Assembly (NCBI GenBank): GCA_963843635.1
Contig: CAWJLF010000012.1
Span: 143,259-207,258 of the forward strand
From: an uncultured Bacteroidales bacterium
GTDB taxonomy: Bacteria; Bacteroidota; Bacteroidia; Bacteroidales; VadinHA17
Direction: 5' to 3'
Length of the DNA: 64,000 nt
The position numbers were made by a program, and so were the translations under genes. Below the pieces are notes generated by a model, which saw only the letters and a program-made list of their open reading frames with translations, ran no database searches and was not told where the DNA came from. Positions 58,524 through 64,000 of this stretch are shown here, in pieces (position 1 is the stretch's first letter; each line of letters opens with the position of its first letter).

Positions 58524-58623
58524 GGCGTCAGGCTCCCGATAGCTATCGGGAAGGCATCAGGCGTCAGGCGGCAGGCAGCAAGGTATCGGAAGATATCAGG
58601 TTCTTGATTCCCCTCCCCGGAGG
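58524..58623. repeat. intergenic repeat copy A: GGCNNCA heptads, the CCCGATAG/CTATCGGG palindrome and a 41-bp core
   Basis: ggcgtca ggctccc ... ggcatca ggcgtca ggcggca ggcagca, then the core ggtatcggaagatatcaggttcttgattcccctccccggag. The core matches the reverse complement of 62938-62981 at 38/41. Confidence 0.65.
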
Positions 58624-58636
58624 TACCATCATAGTA

Positions 58637-59869
58637 TTACAGGTATCCCACTCCAGGGTCTCTCTTCCCTTTCACAAAAGGCGCCACAGCCCTGTCATAA
58701 ATTCCCTGAACATAAGCTATAGCCATACCATAGTTGGTAACAGGTACCCCGGCTTTTATTGCTGGCAGCAAGCGGTTATGAAGCTGTCTCCTGGTTATCA
58801 TGCATCCGCCGCATTGTATCACAAGTGAGTAATCTGTAACCTGACGAGGCAATAAATCAAGCCCTGCCACAGTATCATATTCGAGCTTCTTGCCGGTAAA
58901 ACTACTTATCCATCGGGGTATTTTGGTTCTTCCTATATCATCGCAGGATACATGATGAGTGCATGACTCCAGCAGCAGTATCCTGTCGCCGTCTTTCAAA
59001 GATGATATACTGGGTGTTCCCTTAATGTAATTATCGAAATCCCCTTTAAAGCGTGCGAGCATTATGCTGAAACTTGTCAGCGGTATATCAGCCGGAACAG
59101 AGGCATCAGCTTTCACAAATACCTGGGAGTCAGTCACAGCAAGGGCTGGTTTAATCCCGGTTCTCTTAAGGAAAGTATCCACCTCTCTCTCCTTTAGTAT
59201 TATTGCAACAGCCTCATTGTCGAGAATATCTCTAATTGCCTGAACCTGAGGAAGTATTAATCGTCCTGCAGGAGCTTCCACGTCAATAGGTGTTATCAAT
59301 AAAACTATGTCACCATATTTTATGAGGTCACCCAGGAGGGTTTGTGTTCTCCAGGAGTGTTCCGGTATGGTGTTTTTTATGAGAGTAATAAGTGCTTCAT
59401 AGTTTCGTTTGTCAAAAGCTGAGAATTCAAAAGGGGCAATACCGGCTGACTTTGTCACATCAATGCGGAAGGAATCAGACAGCTCATCCAGGTCCGATTT
59501 ATTATGTATTATTATAAACGGAACATCCAGGTCCCTGAATTTTGAAACAAGATCATCTTCGGCACTCCCCCAGGAATTATTAGTAATTACCAGGATACCA
59601 AGGTCTATTTCACTAAGAGTTTTTAATGTTTTACCAATCCTTTTTTCACCCAGCTCTCCTGAATCATCTATCCCGGCAGTATCGACAAGTATGACCGGAC
59701 CAAAACCTGTGATCTCAAAACTCTTTTTTACGGGATCGGTTGTTGTCCCGGCATGATCGGAAACGATCGCTATATCCTGGCCCGCAAGACAGTTGATAAG
59801 ACTGCTCTTGCCTTTATTACGACGACCATAGATACCGATATGCGGTTTCGATTCCCTGCCTTTTACCAT
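58637..59869 (-). CDS. hydF: [FeFe]-hydrogenase H-cluster maturation GTPase HydF
   Basis: GRRNKGKSSLINCLAG...TTTDPV...DTAGIDD GTPase motifs, plus C-terminal Fe-S ligand motifs CTHH...CGGC. Confidence 0.85.
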   Translation of the reverse strand: MVKGRESKPHIGIYGRRNKGKSSLINCLAGQDIAIVSDHAGTTTDPVKKSFEITGFGPVILVDTAGIDDSGELGEKRIGKTLKTLSEIDLGILVITNNSWGSAEDDLVSKFRDLDVPFIIIHNKSDLDELSDSFRIDVTKSAGIAPFEFSAFDKRNYEALITLIKNTIPEHSWRTQTLLGDLIKYGDIVLLITPIDVEAPAGRLILPQVQAIRDILDNEAVAIILKEREVDTFLKRTGIKPALAVTDSQVFVKADASVPADIPLTSFSIMLARFKGDFDNYIKGTPSISSLKDGDRILLLESCTHHVSCDDIGRTKIPRWISSFTGKKLEYDTVAGLDLLPRQVTDYSLVIQCGGCMITRRQLHNRLLPAIKAGVPVTNYGMAIAYVQGIYDRAVAPFVKGKRDPGVGYL

Positions 59870-59934
59870 TTGTTTGGAATTTGGTGCAAAATTAGTAATT
59901 TTTATGTCAGTATCAGCTATAGATTTCTCTGTTG

Positions 59935-60014
59935 TCCTCCGTACTCCTCAGTGTAACCATGCATTATTAATAACTTTCACATTGATCACAAAGCTGACAA
60001 AGAGTTGCACAGAG
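59935..60014. repeat. degenerate short word repeats (TCCTCCGT/ACTCCTCAGT; CACAAAG/GACAAAG/GCACAGAG) in the aspA-hydF spacer
   Basis: Read directly. Similar word types (CTGAGG, CGCGAAG, CGCAAAG, CTTTGTG, CTTTGCG) occur inside the 42597-42845 element. Confidence 0.4.
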
Positions 60015-60059
60015 TATTTAAGGCAATATCCGTTCGAGATGAGTGAGTAATTAAAGTTT

Positions 60060-61577
60060 TCAGAGGTCATCCAATGAGAAACCAAGTTTGAGGAGGTTTC
60101 CGGAATCAAGGATAGTTCTTAGTCTGGACTCATCGAGTAGGTGAAGGACCGAGTTAGCCTCGAAGATGTCAAAACCCTTCTCTTTCATAAGTAAAGCAAG
60201 TTCAGATGCTTTGTGATATCCTGTATACGGAATAAGAGCAGTAGTTATCGAAGGGCTATGGATAAGGGCATCATAAGCAGATTTTTCATCTATTGTAAGG
60301 CCGGTGATCAGGTTTTCCAGTAAAGTTTTATTGCAAGATATCAGTAGTTTAATGCTTTCGATAACTGCACATCCGATAACAGGAATATATGCATTCAGCT
60401 CCAGCATACCCTGGCTGCAGAGAGAACTTATCAGCATATCATTTGAATATATCCTGTGTGAAGATGAGATTACAAATTCGGGAATAACAGGATTTATCTT
60501 TCCTGGCATAATGGAACTACCAACCTGTCGTTCAGGTATAGTCAAGGTTTTGTCCCTGCTTATATCTGAAGCCAGCATACGTATGTCAGAGACCATTTTT
60601 TCTAGGTTTACTGCGTGAGCTTTTAAGGTGGCATGAATCTCCACCCATTTATCCAGGTTCGAAGTGGCGTCGGCCAGGTTTTCACTATGCGCAAGAGGCA
60701 GGTTGGTGAGTTGACGTAACTCCGGGACGACCTCCATAATAAAATAACGGGGCAGGGACAGGCCTGTACCCGTGGCTCCACCACCGAGATTAATCTGTTT
60801 GATTCTTTCGGCACATTTTGATACTCGCCACCAATCACGGGATAATGCTTCATTATATGTGCTGAACAGCATACCGAAAGATGAAGGAACTGCTTCCTGC
60901 ATCTGTGTATAGCCAATCCGGAGCTTTTCCCTGGATGATCTTTCAATATGTTCAATTTTCCCACGTAGTGTATTAATCTGTTCTTCGAGTGCGTGCAGGA
61001 GCTTCATTACGGCTACAGCGAGAGCAGTGGGTATTACATCGTTAGTCGACTGGTAGATATTAGCATGTTCAAGCGGATCAATAAAATCATAATCACCGCA
61101 TCTCTTTCCAGTATGCAGAAGAGCAAGATTAGTAATTATCTCATTGATATTCATGTTGATACTTGTGCCGGCCCCTCCCTGTACAGCAGGAATAATAAAC
61201 TGATCGAAGTGATCACCATCTGATACTCCCATAGCTGCATTACTTAGAGCATCAAGGATTTTGTCGTCGATCCTCTTATAAGCATTAGATGGTCCATACT
61301 TTTCTTCAGCTGCTTTCCGGAATCGCCTGTAAGTATTATAGCATGCCAGTTTTGTTATTCCAACAGCCTCATACCACTCACGCGGAAATTGAGAGTCACC
61401 GGGAAAATTCTCCTTAGCCCTTACAGCATGTATTCCATACAATGCATCAGTAGGGATTTGTTTTTCTCCAAGTGTATCTTTTTCAATCCGGTACATGTAT
61501 ATTTTGTATTTCTTAATATTCCTGAGTGTTTCCAGCTCTTCCTTGTGAGTCCCGTTGCCGTTTCTTTCTTTTGTCAT
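60060..61577 (-). CDS. aspA: aspartate ammonia-lyase (fumarate-lyase superfamily)
   Basis: GSSIMPGKINPVIPE signature, TNDVIPTA and GTGLS motifs. The true start may be the internal MYRIEKDTLGE at 61496. Confidence 0.85.
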   Translation of the reverse strand: MTKERNGNGTHKEELETLRNIKKYKIYMYRIEKDTLGEKQIPTDALYGIHAVRAKENFPGDSQFPREWYEAVGITKLACYNTYRRFRKAAEEKYGPSNAYKRIDDKILDALSNAAMGVSDGDHFDQFIIPAVQGGAGTSINMNINEIITNLALLHTGKRCGDYDFIDPLEHANIYQSTNDVIPTALAVAVMKLLHALEEQINTLRGKIEHIERSSREKLRIGYTQMQEAVPSSFGMLFSTYNEALSRDWWRVSKCAERIKQINLGGGATGTGLSLPRYFIMEVVPELRQLTNLPLAHSENLADATSNLDKWVEIHATLKAHAVNLEKMVSDIRMLASDISRDKTLTIPERQVGSSIMPGKINPVIPEFVISSSHRIYSNDMLISSLCSQGMLELNAYIPVIGCAVIESIKLLISCNKTLLENLITGLTIDEKSAYDALIHSPSITTALIPYTGYHKASELALLMKEKGFDIFEANSVLHLLDESRLRTILDSGNLLKLGFSLDDL

Positions 61578-61622
61578 CGGTGAAAAGCCAGGAGTCAGGA
61601 GGGAGCATAAAGGCGTTAAAGG

Positions 61623-62798
61623 TTAAACATTACCTTCCGATACAGGTCTTGCATAAGCCTGAACATCCTTCCCTTTTATATCAGAAGGACAAAGGATAAT
61701 AAGTCTTTCCAGAACATTTCTGAATTCCCTGACATTTCCTGTCCAGGTTATATTTTGAAGCTCTTTAATAGCGTCTTCAGTAATAATTTTTTTACTCATT
61801 CCGTATTCATTACATATCATTGTAATAAAATGGTCCGCAAGCAGTGGAATATCTTCAGTCCTTTCGTTAAGAGTAGGCACATGAATCAGGATGACACTAA
61901 GCCTGTGGTAGAGGTCCTCCCTGAATCCATTGTTCTCAATCTCCTTCTTTATATTTTTATTTGTGGCTGTTACAATCCTTACATTCACATGTATATCTTT
62001 ATCGGATCCAACTCGGGTTATCTTGTTTTCCTGAAGTGCCCTTAGCACTTTTGCCTGTGCTGAGAGACTCATATCCCCAATCTCATCAAGAAACAATGTT
62101 CCTCCTGTTGCCTGTTCAAACTTCCCAATTCTCTGTTTGATGGCAGATGTAAAGGAGCCTTTCTCATGTCCGAAGAGCTCACTCTCTATCAGTTCTGATG
62201 GGATAGCAGCACAATTGACCTCAACAAACGGGCCTTTTGCCCTGGGACTCTTTTCGTGGATCTGGTGAGCTACAAGTTCTTTTCCGGTCCCGTTAGCACC
62301 GGTAATGAGTACCCTTGCTTCAGTGGAAGCCACACGGTCAATCATATTTTTCACCTGTTCAATAGCCTCAGACTGTCCAACAATCTCATACATCTTGCTG
62401 ACCTTGTTTTTAAGGACTTGTGTCTGAGTAATCAGTGAAGACTTATCCATCGCATTGCGTATGGTAATAAGCAGTCTGTTCAGATCGAGAGGTTTCTCGA
62501 GAAAATCGAAAGCACCTTTTTTTATAGCTTCTACTGCAGTATCGATATTACCATGCCCCGATATCATTACGACAGGTGTATCAGATGATATCTCAGTGAT
62601 CCTGCCAAGGACCTCAATACCATCCATCTTGGCCATTTTAATATCACAGAGCACTATGTCATAAGTATTTGCAGCGAACATCTCAATGCCGGTCGGTCCA
62701 TCTTCGGCCAGGTCAACTTCGTATTTTTCATACTCAAGGACTTCCTTCAGTGTATTCCTTATCGCTTTTTCATCATCAATTACGAGTATTTTTGACAT
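61623..62798 (-). CDS. sigma-54-dependent response regulator (REC plus AAA+), lacking a C-terminal HTH domain
   Basis: REC: ILVIDDE...DIVLCDIKMAKMDG. AAA+: ITGANGTGKELVA, and GHEKGSFTSA in place of GAFTGA. It ends about 25 aa after NVREFRNVLERLIIL, with only 45 nt to the next gene. Confidence 0.85.
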   Translation of the reverse strand: MSKILVIDDEKAIRNTLKEVLEYEKYEVDLAEDGPTGIEMFAANTYDIVLCDIKMAKMDGIEVLGRITEISSDTPVVMISGHGNIDTAVEAIKKGAFDFLEKPLDLNRLLITIRNAMDKSSLITQTQVLKNKVSKMYEIVGQSEAIEQVKNMIDRVASTEARVLITGANGTGKELVAHQIHEKSPRAKGPFVEVNCAAIPSELIESELFGHEKGSFTSAIKQRIGKFEQATGGTLFLDEIGDMSLSAQAKVLRALQENKITRVGSDKDIHVNVRIVTATNKNIKKEIENNGFREDLYHRLSVILIHVPTLNERTEDIPLLADHFITMICNEYGMSKKIITEDAIKELQNITWTGNVREFRNVLERLIILCPSDIKGKDVQAYARPVSEGNV

Positions 62799-62875
62799 CT
62801 TTCTCTCTTTTTAATCAACGCTAATCCATCCCGGGAGTGGATATTTAATCAATTATCAGTCACCTTTAGTTATCG

Positions 62876-63036
62876 TGTCACCTGTCGCCTGCCGCCTTTT
62901 TCAACCCGCCCCTAACCCCACGCAGAGCGTGGCAGGCTCTCCAGGGAGGGGAATCAAAAACCTGATATCTTTCGATACACTGTCGCCTGCCGCCTGTCGC
63001 CTGCCGCCTGCCGCCTGCCGCCTAATGCCAATCGCC
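62876..63036. repeat. intergenic repeat copy B (inverted relative to A): 3 heptads, spacer with hairpin CCACGC-aga-GCGTGG, the 41-bp core, and 8 TG(C/T)CGCC heptads
   Basis: tgtcacc tgtcgcc tgccgcc ... core ccagggaggggaatcaaaaacctgatatctttcgatacac ... tgtcgcc tgccgcc tgtcgcc tgccgcc tgccgcc tgccgcc taatgcc aatcgcc. Confidence 0.65.
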
Positions 63037-63040
63037 TAAC

Positions 63041-64000
63041 TTATCCCCTGTATGACAGCCATTTCCACATCTCTTTCCATGAGGTTTTTTTGCCGTACAT
63101 CAATATGCCGGTTCTATAAACCTTGGCTGCCATCAGGACAAAGAGCGCGAATGTTATTAACATAATGACCATCGAAACAGCGATCTGCCAGTATGGAACG
63201 CCGAATGGAATCCGGGCCATCATTACGATAGGAGAGGTGAGAGGTATCATTGAGCACCAGAATGAAAGGGAACTCTCCGGATTTTGCATGGTACCCATTG
63301 CGACCATCAGGGCCAGAATAATCGGTATTGTCACCGGCAACATGAATTGCTGCGTTTCGGTCTCGTTGTCAACCGCTGATCCAATAGCCGCAAATACGGA
63401 AGCGTATAGAAGATAACCTGTAGCAAAGTAGAATATAAAACAGATGATTATCAGTCCCCAAGGCTGATTCATTGCACTGTCAAACAGTTTAGAGAACTCG
63501 GCAAGCTGAGGCGAGACTTCAGAAGTCTGAACTGCTGTAGCAACAGTATCGCTTTTTACTGACATCATGCTCTGAGGATTCATCTGCGCAATTTCGGTGA
63601 GGTCGGTTTTTTGAAGAACAGTAGTCTTAAGCACTGTTACAATTCCCAGGGTGAGCATGATCCAGATGAAAAACTGGGTAAGGCCCACGAGTGCTATACC
63701 GATTATTTTCCCCATCATAAGCTGTACCGGTTTAACTGAAGATATGATAACCTCAACAACTCGGCTGGTTTTCTCTTCTATGACTCCGCGCATCACCTGT
63801 GCACCGAAGATAAAAACGAGCATATACATCAGAAACCCCAGTATATATGCCAGGGCCATTGCAATTCCTGTACTTGTTTTCTTAACTTGTCCAGATGAGT
63901 CGATCTTGATAGTCTGTATTGAAACATTTGTTTCAATATTCTTCATTATCTCGTTTAGATCCTGGATGTTGTAGGCTAGCAGTTTCTGTCGTTCAATCTC
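63041..64000 (-). CDS. ABC-2 type transporter permease (NatB-like), 5' end outside window
   Basis: C-terminal 6-TM ABC-2 permease pattern with the EEKTSRVVEVIISSVKP motif. The frame stays open upstream of the listed Met to the window edge (..EIERQKLLAYNIQDLNEIMKN). Confidence 0.65.
   Translation of the reverse strand, partial: EIERQKLLAYNIQDLNEIMKNIETNVSIQTIKIDSSGQVKKTSTGIAMALAYILGFLMYMLVFIFGAQVMRGVIEEKTSRVVEVIISSVKPVQLMMGKIIGIALVGLTQFFIWIMLTLGIVTVLKTTVLQKTDLTEIAQMNPQSMMSVKSDTVATAVQTSEVSPQLAEFSKLFDSAMNQPWGLIIICFIFYFATGYLLYASVFAAIGSAVDNETETQQFMLPVTIPIILALMVAMGTMQNPESSLSFWCSMIPLTSPIVMMARIPFGVPYWQIAVSMVIMLITFALFVLMAAKVYRTGILMYGKKTSWKEMWKWLSYRG

Noticed and set aside
62876-63036. Short direct repeats (TGCCGCC units) considered as a possible CRISPR array.
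   Set aside because: The units are 7 bp and contiguous, with no spacers, and no cas genes are nearby. This is a heptanucleotide tandem repeat, not CRISPR.

Overview
The window looks like a Bacteroidota-type chromosomal segment. Supporting signs are TAnnTTTG -7 boxes in front of many genes, a PorQ-like T9SS gene, DUF4492-cydAB, parAB-DUF5683, a fused CcsBA, and the absence of Shine-Dalgarno-like leaders. Most of it is housekeeping: ispH, cmk, pfkA, etfBA with an EtfD-like Fe-S oxidoreductase and an acyl-CoA dehydrogenase, rpmE2, lon, coaD, pyrE, birA, rsfS-ftsH, cdsA, psd, pssA, cydAB, parAB, a flavodiiron protein, hsp20 and tRNA-His.

The stand-out region is about 16.3-28.2 kb. It holds an 8-gene + strand operon, a convergent hexahaem lipoprotein, a Crp/Fnr regulator and the CcsBA haem lyase. 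Together these encode 15 CxxCH sites, two separate quinol-interacting membrane modules (a 7-haem c plus di-haem b pair, and a Tat Fe-S plus NrfD pair), an outer-membrane barrel, and no recognisable catalytic reductase. I regard it as a candidate uncharacterised respiratory or extracytoplasmic electron-transfer system.

Other points worth a second look:
- An inverted pair of heptad-repeat elements brackets hydF-aspA and a DNA-binding-domain-less sigma-54 activator.
- Sigma-54 consensus promoters sit upstream of lon and of rsfS-ftsH.
- A 249-bp element bounded by inverted repeats fills the fprA/hsp20 gap.
- An unlisted 41-codon ORF overlaps the cydB stop codon.
- One gene fuses an SGNH domain to an MBOAT domain, next to a lytic transglycosylase.
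- Frame disruptions are very unevenly distributed: about a dozen in the first 2.7 kb and about ten more scattered through the rest.

All calls come from hand translation and motif recognition only. No searches were run.
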